From NCBI GenBank assembly GCA_026004595.1, contig BPJL01000003.1, positions 34,984 to 98,983 of the forward strand: a stretch of DNA of 64,000 bases. The letters run 5' to 3'. The notes below the pieces were generated by a model, which made no database searches, had not been told where the DNA came from, and saw nothing but the letters and a program-made list of their open reading frames with translations. The DNA is from Patescibacteria group bacterium. Its GTDB lineage: Bacteria > Patescibacteriota > WWE3 > UBA101185 > UBA10185. The position numbers and the translations under genes are program-made. Shown here one piece after another: positions 9,698 through 18,716 of this stretch (its first letter is position 1; each line of letters begins with the position of its first letter).

Positions 9698-10228
9698 TTA
9701 GTTGCTGCTATAAATAAGCCCCGGACGATTTACCGTGATAGTTTTTGTTGTACTTGAGGCGTTGTGTCTTAGGCTTATATTAACCGTATTTATAGGCCCT
9801 CCGCCGGTCGTGTAAACGGAACCGTCTTCTAGACTAAATAATAAACAACCGGATGAACCTGTGTTAAAAGTAATGTTCGAAGGTAAGTTCAAAGTTTGGC
9901 TCTCAATTCTATAACTTAGATCATTACAGTTAGCTGCTGTAAGTAGGTACACCGAATATGAAAAAGCGCCGGAAGCGTAAGATACACCCCAGTACCGAGC
10001 GTATCTTCCGGCACTATCTGTCCTATCCGAACCCATCCCAGTCAAAGCCATGTTCTGAATGCTTCTCAGATCGCTCTTAAAATTCTCCTGCGCCTCTTTC
10101 AGACTTTGATTCCTAGTGTAATTGGAAAAAGAGGGGATCATGATACCCGACACCAAGGCTAAAATCCCAACAACAACCATTAACTCTATCAGTGTGAATC
10201 CATATCTGTAGCCGTGGGGCAGTTGCAT
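9698..10228 (-). CDS. Minor pilin, FimT/GspH-like
   Basis: YG|FTLIELMVV; SDLRSIQNMA; C-terminal ITVNRPGLI. Confidence 0.85.
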   Translation of the reverse strand: MQLPHGYRYGFTLIELMVVVGILALVSGIMIPSFSNYTRNQSLKEAQENFKSDLRSIQNMALTGMGSDRTDSAGRYARYWGVSYASGAFSYSVYLLTAANCNDLSYRIESQTLNLPSNITFNTGSSGCLLFSLEDGSVYTTGGGPINTVNISLRHNASSTTKTITVNRPGLIYSSN

Positions 10229-10249
10229 ATATAAATATTAACACAAAAA

Positions 10250-10759
10250 TTAAGGGGAAATCAGCAAAAGATTGGTGCCCAATTCATATTTTAAAGGATC
10301 GTTTCCACCGTCATTTTGAGGTTCTTCGGTTAGATACTCCATTCTTGCCGATATTTCATACCCGCTACCGTTTTGTATGTACTCGTAGTAATATGTCAGA
10401 TCATTTATCGGATCTGTAGGGTACTTAGGTAAGTAGTCCGAAAGATCCGCGGGGATCCACCCGGAAGTGGGGGAGTATACGTTAGGAGAACCGGCGGGAG
10501 TTGTTATGCTTGTGTATAAAACATTCTGGGAGCCTGGGTAACTTTGACGATCAATTCGATATTCGTTTATTGCTCTATCCAGATTTGAGATGTCTGACAA
10601 CCGTTTGTTGTCGCGGGCTTTTGCTTTTGAGGCTGAAGGAGATACAAGGGAATACACAACACCTAAAAGGATTAACAGCACTGCGGATACTAGAACAACC
10701 TCAAGTAGGGTAACGCCGCTGGGGGAAAGAGGTTTTTTAGAGTGGGTTTTGAACTGCAT
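10250..10759 (-). CDS. Pilin, GspG-like
   Basis: SG|VTLLEVVLV; KARDNKRLSDI; YLPKYPTDP. Confidence 0.82.
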   Translation of the reverse strand: MQFKTHSKKPLSPSGVTLLEVVLVSAVLLILLGVVYSLVSPSASKAKARDNKRLSDISNLDRAINEYRIDRQSYPGSQNVLYTSITTPAGSPNVYSPTSGWIPADLSDYLPKYPTDPINDLTYYYEYIQNGSGYEISARMEYLTEEPQNDGGNDPLKYELGTNLLLISP

Positions 10760-11285
10760 AGCAGTTTGATGAACAGTTACACCCCCACCCTAAGCCCGTT
10801 GGAGGATTTGAACATATATTAGTAAAAGTACTGCATCTAGAATCTGCTGCTGATTCATCAATTTCGGTTTTAGCAAGCAAAATATACCTAGACGCACCAT
10901 CAGATCTATAAGAATAACCATATGGAGAGCTACAATTGCCTGAACTAAACACGGCCGTACCAAAACTCGGGTCGGCAGGTAGTTGAGAGATATAGGAGGA
11001 ATTGAGTGTTGCACCCAAGCCGCTGGATGTACTTGCGCTTATGTAAGCACCTCCCGAGTTAGGGTAACGCCTGAATTCTGTATAATATAGTTCTAGAGCA
11101 GTTTGTATCTGCTTAAGTGCAGCTTTTCTTTGAGCATCCCTTCCTTTTTGTCTAACACCTTGAACATTGATTGCATTAAGAATAAGACCGCTTAACACAC
11201 CTATAACTGCCACTACGATTACGAGTTCTATCAGCGTAAAGCCTTTTTTGTTTTTTTTCAGTGTAATAAGAAACATATACAACAA
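10737..11285 (-). CDS. Pilin, GspG-like, Cys-rich C-terminus
   Basis: KG|FTLIELVIV; RDAQRKAALKQIQTALELYY; LPADP. Confidence 0.88.
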   Translation of the reverse strand: MLYMFLITLKKNKKGFTLIELVIVVAVIGVLSGLILNAINVQGVRQKGRDAQRKAALKQIQTALELYYTEFRRYPNSGGAYISASTSSGLGATLNSSYISQLPADPSFGTAVFSSGNCSSPYGYSYRSDGASRYILLAKTEIDESAADSRCSTFTNICSNPPTGLGWGCNCSSNCYAVQNPL

Positions 11286-11286
11286 A

Positions 11287-11805
11287 TTAGCAACCTACTC
11301 CAGTTTGAACAACCACACACGTACCAATATCATTACCTAAACCACCAGATACACAATTACGGTTGGAAGGACAATCTAAAACAACCCCAGCACACTCCGG
11401 CCTTCCTCCTGTGTATGAAGAATCGTATATATTTATTATTTTAAAATACCTGGTGGTGTCTGACGCTTTCTGAACTGATAAACAAACAAAATTAATCGAT
11501 CCTTCAGTTACCGTATAGTATGTATATGGAGACCCTGGCCAATTGCTCAAGTATTTCGATAACAATGTTGTACTTTGGGGGGCCCCGTTATTGTTCGCCG
11601 GGTAACTTCCTTCACCTGCATTGTAAGCCTCTATCGCGTTATACAATCGTTGAAGGTTGGAGATCCTAACTCCATCCTGGGCTATTTCGTTCTGTCTCCT
11701 TGGGTTAACTATACCAATGAGTATTCCAGACAAAATACCAACAAGCGCAACCACCATAAGCAACTCAATTAAGGTTAATCCATTTTTTCCACGAAACTCT
11801 TTCAT
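11287..11805 (-). CDS. Pilin, Cys-rich C-terminus
   Basis: NG|LTLIELLMV; DGVRISNLQRLYNAIEAY. Confidence 0.85.
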   Translation of the reverse strand: MKEFRGKNGLTLIELLMVVALVGILSGILIGIVNPRRQNEIAQDGVRISNLQRLYNAIEAYNAGEGSYPANNNGAPQSTTLLSKYLSNWPGSPYTYYTVTEGSINFVCLSVQKASDTTRYFKIINIYDSSYTGGRPECAGVVLDCPSNRNCVSGGLGNDIGTCVVVQTGVGC

Positions 11806-11817
11806 ACATCCAACCGC

Positions 11818-11846
11818 GGCCCCGCAATAGGTACAACTGCGGGGCC
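11818..11846. terminator. GC-rich stem-loop after the pilin at 11866-12450; terminator or mRNA-stabilising hairpin
   Basis: GGCCCCGCA-N11-TGCGGGGCC; no U tract follows on the minus strand. Confidence 0.55.
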
Positions 11847-11865
11847 AAAACTTATTAACGAAAGG

Positions 11866-12450
11866 TTAATACAAAGCGGTACATGTCGTACCAGCCGGGT
11901 TGCACAGATACATCTTTGAGTCAGACGACCTATACATAAACATATCACTGCTACCAAAAGCTTTAGCCATTATCCTGTAGTTGGAAGTGGTAGCTGCCCA
12001 GGCACAGTTAGTAAAGTCAGCGGCATCGCCACCACAATAGTAGTAGTAGCACTGGTTAGCTCCGGACCCATTCCATCCATTAGCTGCACATCCCGCAGTC
12101 CCACCTGTAGGCAGTGGGTTGTTTGCCACTTGAAAAGTACAGCTAGCATCGTTTGCAGTTGTGCAGGGCGCAGGCGTACCAGTTGTGGTAACAGACGACA
12201 AACCCCCAACAAATTCATTCTCATCGGGAATCCTTCCAAAAGCACTTACGTAAGCTGAGGTTGCAAGTGCCACTTTATTTATAGTCGCCCTTGTATTGGC
12301 GTCCCTTGCTTTATTCTGTTGCGCAGTAGGGTTAATAACCGCAATCAAAACACCAGCCAAAATCCCAATAATAACGATAACCAGCAACAACTCAATCAAA
12401 GTAAAACCCGAAGCAGCCCTGAGCCTAGAGTCCTTCAATAAACGTCTCAT
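11866..12450 (-). CDS. Type IV pilin, candidate major pilin, 8 Cys
   Basis: SG|FTLIELLLV; strong SD (AGGAGGGGGGTGA), upstream promoter, downstream hairpin. Confidence 0.9.
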   Translation of the reverse strand: MRRLLKDSRLRAASGFTLIELLLVIVIIGILAGVLIAVINPTAQQNKARDANTRATINKVALATSAYVSAFGRIPDENEFVGGLSSVTTTGTPAPCTTANDASCTFQVANNPLPTGGTAGCAANGWNGSGANQCYYYYCGGDAADFTNCAWAATTSNYRIMAKAFGSSDMFMYRSSDSKMYLCNPAGTTCTALY

Positions 12451-12536
12451 CTGCTTCTCACCCCCCTCCTAACTGCCAAAATATTTTTAAAAAGTGATCT
12501 AGTTTTGAAATTGGGCAGCATAGTATTTACTAATAA

Positions 12537-12566
12537 ATAGTAGCCTTTTTACTCCCGCCTTGTCAA
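12537..12566 (-). promoter_or_regulatory. Sigma70-like promoter of the pilin/pilMNO operon
   Basis: Minus strand TTGACA-N18-TACTAT. Confidence 0.65.
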
Positions 12567-13061
12567 TGAATTAAATAACAAGCCGTATATTCTTTCTCGG
12601 CGTCAAATTATTAGGATATTTTTTCATTTGTGAACACTGCGTGACCAAAGAAAGAGGGAGTTATATTGTGTGGTCTTTGCACAACGGCTTTTGTTACCTT
12701 TACTTCTCCGTCCTGCGCAAGCTCACCTCGGTAATATAATCTGTAACCTAAAAAGGTAGAGCATTAGAATCCATATGCAATTAGATGATACAACACTACC
12801 TCCCAAAGCCATTAAAATCTGCCTGGTAAGGCATTATTCTCCATTTTTATATATTCAATAACCACATCCGGTTTATTCCAACAAATCCTAAAGGTATTCA
12901 TAACAATAACAACACACCCACTCCAAGAAACTAGGATATAACTCTCCCATATGCAACTTTTGTTTTCTAAAGAGGTAGCTTATTTTATAAAAAAACGCGG
13001 GATAAAAGAGCGAAACTTATACAAAACCACAGATGAATAAACTTAACAAAGCAACAACAAA

Positions 13062-13445
13062 TTAAGCGCTCGCGAACCTTCCCACTTCCTCAACAACCTT
13101 ATCGGGATTTACCTCAGACTTGATGAGGTACCCATCGGCACCCAGCTTAAAAGCCTCCTGGATTATGTGCTCGCTGTTCAGGTTGGTAAGAACAATCACG
13201 GGACCCTTTTTCATCTCCGGCATTTCCTTTAGATCTTTGAGAATCTTAAGGCCGTCCTTTCCCGGAAGCATTATGTCCAAAAGTAGCAGTTGCCAATCAG
13301 TGTTCCTCAGCTTGTCTTCGCCAACCTCTCCGTTAGGAGCCTGGTCTACAACATAACCAGCGTTCTGAAGAACTTCGGCATAGATAGTTCTAATATCCTG
13401 CTCGTCCTCAATTATAAGTACTTTGTTTTTATTTTTATCTAACAT
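13062..13445 (-). CDS. Single-domain response regulator (CheY-like receiver)
   Basis: VLIIEDE, LLLLDIMLPGKDG (phospho-Asp), VLTNL, GADGYLIKS; no output domain. Confidence 0.93.
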   Translation of the reverse strand: MLDKNKNKVLIIEDEQDIRTIYAEVLQNAGYVVDQAPNGEVGEDKLRNTDWQLLLLDIMLPGKDGLKILKDLKEMPEMKKGPVIVLTNLNSEHIIQEAFKLGADGYLIKSEVNPDKVVEEVGRFASA

Positions 13446-13506
13446 ATCTTATTTATAGCACACCCCGCTATAGTCAACAATAAAAATATTTTGTTTAATA
13501 TACATA

Positions 13507-14901
13507 ATGCCTGACAGAATAGTAGAAATCAAGGAAAGTGAAATACTCAAGCTAATAGATAAAAACCGCGCTCTTGACGCTACTTATAAATTGGTTGAGA
13601 CAATACTTGAAACCACCGAATTTGAAGAACTCACCCAAAAAATTGCGGACATAATCCCAAATGCCCTGGGATATGAATTAGGAATGCTTGCACTAATAGA
13701 TCAGAAGAGCAACGTCCTAAAAAAGATTTCGCTGTCGCGGGGTATGGGAGATATTGAGAAACAAACGCAGATAGAAGAGTTTTTTGGAGATTTAACAATT
13801 CCCTTCGGGTATCAGGATAACGTCTGCATTCAAGCAATAGAAACCAAGAAACAAATAGTGAGTCCCTACCTTTGGGACGTTTTCAAGCCAACGCTAACAA
13901 AGCAGCAGGCAGAAGGAATACAGGAGATAACAAACACCCGCGCTCACATTGTAACTCCCTTGTTTTCACATAACAGGGTTATAGGGGTGTTGATTGTGAG
14001 CTTAGCAAAAGACGCTGACAAAGTTACAGATTTTGAAAAAGAAATGCTCAAAAAATTTTCGGAGAGCGCGGGAATCGCTGTAGAAAACTCAAAATTGTAC
14101 ACAAACCTTAGGAGAACAAAGGAGGATCTCCATAAAGCCTACGAAAACATGAAGGTTCTCAATACCTTAAAGGACGAGTTTCTTTCAGTTGCCTCCCACG
14201 AACTGCGAACCCCCATGACCATTGTAAAAAGCTACTTATGGATGCTTGAGAAAGAGAAAGCGGGAAAATTGAACCCAAAACAGCTCGAGTACCTCAACAA
14301 GGCTTTGACAGGAACCCAAAGGATGATATCCCTAATAAACGATATGCTAGATATCTCAAAATTTGAAAGAAAGAAGGTGTCATTTTCAATTACACAAATT
14401 GATCTTGTTTCTCACATAAGGGATGTTTTATCCAACTTCGACGTTAGAGCGGGGGAGAAGGGAATACAACTCATCTTCAATCCTCCACAGGAAGAGATAT
14501 TTGTTGATGCAGACCCGGAAAAGCTTAGAGATGTTTTCATCAACCTCATTGAAAACGCAGTCAAATTTACCCATCAGGGAAGCATTACGGTGTCAATTGA
14601 AGAATACGAATACTTTTTCAAGGTGTTAATTAAAGACACCGGCGCTGGTATAGATAAAAAGGATCTTCCAAAACTCTTCCACAAATTCGGAAGGATAGAC
14701 AACAGCTACACAATAGCTACTGACTCGGGCGGAACTGGACTTGGCCTATACATAGTAAAACTTTACGTTCATGGAATGGGCGGTATGGTAGGAGCCGATT
14801 CGGAGGGCTTGGGTATGGGAAGTACTTTTTGGATTACCCTGCCGAAAAATAAAATCAAAAAGTTCGGGGTTAGTTTAAAACAGGTTGAGATACCAGTTTA
14901 A
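13507..14901 (+). CDS. Cytoplasmic GAF-domain sensor histidine kinase
   Basis: GAF-like region (PLFSHNRVIGVL), H-box SHELRTP, N-box NLIENAVKFT, DTGAGI, GTGLGLYI; no TM segment. Confidence 0.93.
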   Translation: MPDRIVEIKESEILKLIDKNRALDATYKLVETILETTEFEELTQKIADIIPNALGYELGMLALIDQKSNVLKKISLSRGMGDIEKQTQIEEFFGDLTIPFGYQDNVCIQAIETKKQIVSPYLWDVFKPTLTKQQAEGIQEITNTRAHIVTPLFSHNRVIGVLIVSLAKDADKVTDFEKEMLKKFSESAGIAVENSKLYTNLRRTKEDLHKAYENMKVLNTLKDEFLSVASHELRTPMTIVKSYLWMLEKEKAGKLNPKQLEYLNKALTGTQRMISLINDMLDISKFERKKVSFSITQIDLVSHIRDVLSNFDVRAGEKGIQLIFNPPQEEIFVDADPEKLRDVFINLIENAVKFTHQGSITVSIEEYEYFFKVLIKDTGAGIDKKDLPKLFHKFGRIDNSYTIATDSGGTGLGLYIVKLYVHGMGGMVGADSEGLGMGSTFWITLPKNKIKKFGVSLKQVEIPV

Positions 14902-15765
14902 GATCTGGGACCCCCACACAAAACACAACAGACTCCCCAGTATTAAAAATGGTCCAAAAGGAACAACACTTTTCAATGTTTTCTTTTTTCCGATAACAAG
15001 TCCTATGCTCACAACAGCGCCAATAAAAAACCCTAAAAATATCGCAAGAAAATTATAGGGAAACCCGTTTACCAAGCCAACCAATAGAGCCAGCCTTATG
15101 TCTCCTCCGCCCATTCCCTTGCCTTTTGTAATCCAAACGATAAAGAAAAAAAACAATGCTATGGCTAGTGCCGAAATAAAATTAATTCCTAAAGTCCGAA
15201 TAGCCGCCATTACTTGATCTTCAAAAAATCCTACTTTAAGAAGATATTTTCCAAAGTCGTCGTTTTCCAATTTAATTTTGAAGTCATATAAACTAATAGC
15301 GGTTGATATAATATTAAACAGAACAACAAAAACAATAGCAGGCAAAACGATTTTGTCTGGTATTAAGAGATATTTCAGGTCAGTAAGCAAAAGTATTTCA
15401 AAAAAAGAAAAAACAACCACCAAAAACACAAACCCTGCAAAGTTGCTAAATGAAAAATCAACAAACAGTTTAAATTTAGAGATTTGCGAAGCCAAAACCA
15501 CCAACAGTCCCGCAAGAATCTCCGAAAAAGGGTAGTACCAAGAAAGTGGTTTTTTACATTCTGAGCACTTTCCACACTGTATTATAAAAGACAAAAGGGG
15601 CACTAAATTTTTCACCTTTAGAATATTTTTACAATAATCGCATTTGGAGTGCCCAAAAACTATTTTGCCTCCCTTTACGACTCGGTCAGAAACCAAGTTT
15701 AAAAAGGAACCAAGGAATAATCCTAAAACAAATAAGGATATATAGCCAACGTAATTCCAAATCAT
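14875..15765 (-). CDS. pilD: Prepilin peptidase PilD
   Basis: GSFLNLVSDR, two CxxC pairs, TDLKYLLIPD, GMGGGDIRL, VPFGPFL. Confidence 0.93.
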   Translation of the reverse strand: MIWNYVGYISLFVLGLFLGSFLNLVSDRVVKGGKIVFGHSKCDYCKNILKVKNLVPLLSFIIQCGKCSECKKPLSWYYPFSEILAGLLVVLASQISKFKLFVDFSFSNFAGFVFLVVVFSFFEILLLTDLKYLLIPDKIVLPAIVFVVLFNIISTAISLYDFKIKLENDDFGKYLLKVGFFEDQVMAAIRTLGINFISALAIALFFFFIVWITKGKGMGGGDIRLALLVGLVNGFPYNFLAIFLGFFIGAVVSIGLVIGKKKTLKSVVPFGPFLILGSLLCFVWGSQILNWYLNLF

Positions 15766-15800
15766 TAAAGAATTCTCGCACTTTTTTTCGCACAACACAA

Positions 15801-15831
15801 CAAAAAAGGCTCCACAGAGGAGCCTTCTTTG
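15801..15831 (-). terminator. Intrinsic terminator after the pilin at 15850-16347, possibly bidirectional
   Basis: AAGGCTCC-ACAGA-GGAGCCTT flanked by A and T tracts. Confidence 0.75.
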
Positions 15832-15849
15832 TTAATTGCCGGCAACCAA

Positions 15850-16347
15850 CTAAGGAAGAATCGTCAAACTTGTTCCCATCTCGTAAGCGCCGTTATTGTT
15901 ACCTCCATCTGTCGACATCTTGGCTTGGTTGTCCACATGCTCAAGAACAACATTCACTTCAAAATCTGTCAATGTAGAACCATATCTGTAGATGTTCGGA
16001 GAAGTGTTAAGGGGGTCAATCGGCAACGTAGGAATGAACTTTGAAAGTCCTGTTTTCCCTGTAGGTATAGTGTATTTCACAAAACCATTACCATCTAAGT
16101 CTCTGTCGCCGGTATCGCTGGTACAATCGGTACAGTTGCCCGTAGCAACAAGAGTTATTTCACCGTCTGCAAGGGCGAGATTGATTGCCTTAACCAATGA
16201 GTCAATATCGGACAGCCTCTTTGAGTCTCTTGACTTCTGGATCATCGACTGAGGATTAATTGCAATCAACAGAGCGCCTGCAAGGATAGCAACAATGGCA
16301 ATAACCACCAAAAGTTCAACTAGAGTAAAACCTTTTTGTTTGTTCAT
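15850..16347 (-). CDS. Type IV pilin, GspG-like; second candidate major pilin
   Basis: KG|FTLVELLVV; KSRDSKRLSDI; AAGGAGGTGA upstream and terminator downstream. Confidence 0.9.
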   Translation of the reverse strand: MNKQKGFTLVELLVVIAIVAILAGALLIAINPQSMIQKSRDSKRLSDIDSLVKAINLALADGEITLVATGNCTDCTSDTGDRDLDGNGFVKYTIPTGKTGLSKFIPTLPIDPLNTSPNIYRYGSTLTDFEVNVVLEHVDNQAKMSTDGGNNNGAYEMGTSLTILP

Positions 16348-16396
16348 ATTGTTAGTTAAAACTTTTCACCTCCTTACTTTTTCAAGTTTCAATTTC

Positions 16397-17599
16397 TTAT
16401 ATAGATGATGTGATCTTATATATAGGTGTGATGATGGAAATTATCAAAAATCCAACCATAACACCCAACATAATAAGTATAATGGGCTCGAGGGCCGCAG
16501 ACAATCCCCTGACCCTATTGTCAACCTCTCCTTCATAATAGGTGGCAACCCTATCCAAAACCTCATCCATCCTTCCTGTCTCTTCACCAACAGTAGCCAT
16601 TTGGGCTAAAAGGGGAGGGAATTGTTCGGAAGCTTTGAAAAAACTCGAGAGAGAAGTACCTTTTTCCACTTGCTTTGCAGCATTCAAAACAGCAGCTCTA
16701 AATGTGGGGCTTGACATAACAGTAGAAACAATGTTTAGAGCCTCAACAATAGGCACAGCAGAATTAATCAGCAGAGCTAGCGTCTTGCTAAATTGCGCAA
16801 AGTCCCTATCTTTGTTAATTCTTCCGAAGACAGGAAGTCTCATTACTATTTCGGCAATGTAATATCGTCCCTTTTCACTCTTAGCGTAGTACCTAAGGGC
16901 CAAAACACCACCAATTATACCTACAAGTAATAAAACAATATTTTTGGCCATAAAATTGGAAGTTGAGATCATTATTTGAGTTATTTTCGGAAGCTCCACG
17001 TCCATATTTGTGTACATTTCAGAAAGCTTGGGAACAACAAAAACCATCAACACAATAAATACGCCAATCATGGCGATCATAACTACCGCAGGATATATCA
17101 TTGCCCCCTTGAATCTGGAATTTAGTTCTCGTTGCGCCTCCATATTATCAGCCAATCTCTTTAGTATTACATCCATCTTTCCAGATGATTCGCCGGCCCT
17201 TACCAAAGCTTGATATGTAACAGAAAATACATCAGGATACTTACCTAACGCTACAGACAAAGAAGCTCCGCCTTCAACATTTCTAAGTATATCGTAAATT
17301 ACTTTCTTGAAATTTGGGCTGGTGGTTTGAGCGGCAAGAACTTCCAAAGCTCTTGAAATTGGGAGGCCTGCCGATATCATCGTTGAAAACTGACGGGTAA
17401 ATGTCACAACATCCGTTTGCGAAATTCGGCGAAAGTTCAAAAACGTATCAAAAATCGTCTCACGCTTTTCCTGTATAGAAATAACATACAAGCCCTGACT
17501 TTTAAGGAGAGATACTGCAAGATCTTTGGTTCTGGCGTCAACGGTTCCACTTATCGTCTTGCCGGCCATGTTTTTCGCTGTGTATGTAAAAAGAGCCAT
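16397..17599 (-). CDS. pilC: Type IV pilus platform protein PilC (GspF family)
   Basis: FTRQFSTMISAGLP, RAGESSG, AMIYP, VGEETG, LEPIILI. Confidence 0.95.
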   Translation of the reverse strand: MALFTYTAKNMAGKTISGTVDARTKDLAVSLLKSQGLYVISIQEKRETIFDTFLNFRRISQTDVVTFTRQFSTMISAGLPISRALEVLAAQTTSPNFKKVIYDILRNVEGGASLSVALGKYPDVFSVTYQALVRAGESSGKMDVILKRLADNMEAQRELNSRFKGAMIYPAVVMIAMIGVFIVLMVFVVPKLSEMYTNMDVELPKITQIMISTSNFMAKNIVLLLVGIIGGVLALRYYAKSEKGRYYIAEIVMRLPVFGRINKDRDFAQFSKTLALLINSAVPIVEALNIVSTVMSSPTFRAAVLNAAKQVEKGTSLSSFFKASEQFPPLLAQMATVGEETGRMDEVLDRVATYYEGEVDNRVRGLSAALEPIILIMLGVMVGFLIISIITPIYKITSSI

Positions 17600-17601
17600 A
17601 T

Positions 17602-18676
17602 CTACCTAAGCATTTTAGAATCAATTAACCGCCTAAACTCTTCAGGACGCATTGTATATTTAATAGCCTCTTGAAATTCCACTAAACCATTGTTCACCAA
17701 GTACGCTATAGATCTATCAAGGCTCACCATGCCGACCTGTGAGCTGGTGTTGATAACGTTGTCTATCATGTGCACCTTGCCTTCGCGGATCAGATTTCTG
17801 ACAGCGTCATTCGCCAACATTACTTCAACCGCCGGAACTACTCCTTTGGAAGGAGAGGGTATTAGCCTCTGAGAAATAACCACTTCAATTACTTGGGCTA
17901 GTTGACTTCTAACTTGATTTTGTTTTTCAAAAGCAAATGATGAAATTATTCTTTCAACAGTTTTGGGATGCGGAATTTGTGTGCAGTGTGGCAAAAACTA
18001 AATGACCGGTTTCTGCTATTTCCAAAACAGAAGACATAGTTTCAGCGTCTCTCATTTCCCCTATCAAGATGACATTGGGATCCTGCCTAAGCATTGATTT
18101 AAGAGACACCGCCCAATCATGAGTGTCTAAAAACATTTCCCTTTGCTCAACTAAAGATTTCTTATTGGCAAAAACATACTCAATCGGGTCTTCTACGGTA
18201 ATGATATGCTCAGCCCTGGTCTCATTTATTTTGTCTATCATAGAGGCGATAGTCGTAGATTTACCATGACCGGTCGGCCCCACAACAAGTATCAAACCAG
18301 CCTTTATTTGGCAGATATTTGCCAAATAGGGAGGAAGGTTCAGCTGCTCAAAAGAAGGTATGCTCATAGGAATGTGTCGTAGAGCTGCTGAAGGATATCC
18401 TTTTTGGAAAAACGCATTTACCCTAAACCTAGCCTTTGTCCCCAACGCCACTGAGAAATCCAGCTCTTTATTCACTTCCAAAACTTCTCTTTGTTGGGTA
18501 TCAAGAATTTGAGAGAGAAAGTATTCAACATCGTCAACCATCAAAATATCGTAATCGTCAAGTACAGACAAAACCGTCCTCACCCTCACATACGGCTTGC
18601 TTCCAACCGAGATATGTAAATCAGAAGCGTCCATTTGGACCACACGTTCTAACAATTGTGTTGCATTTATTTTCAT
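17602..18676 (-). CDS. pilT: Retraction ATPase PilT; one apparent frameshift near 17960
   Basis: ASDLHI, GPTGHGKSTT, EDPIE, LRQDPNVILIGEMRD, ETGHLVFATLHTN, AVRNLIRE (AIRNLIRE motif). Confidence 0.92.
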
Positions 18677-18716
18677 GTTAACTCCTCAATACCTCTCCTT
18701 TATAATCTAAACAACA

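Noticed and set aside
12630..12750. c-di-GMP or other riboswitch upstream of the pilin operon
   Set aside because: No recognisable aptamer consensus, and the segment lies upstream of the predicted promoter.
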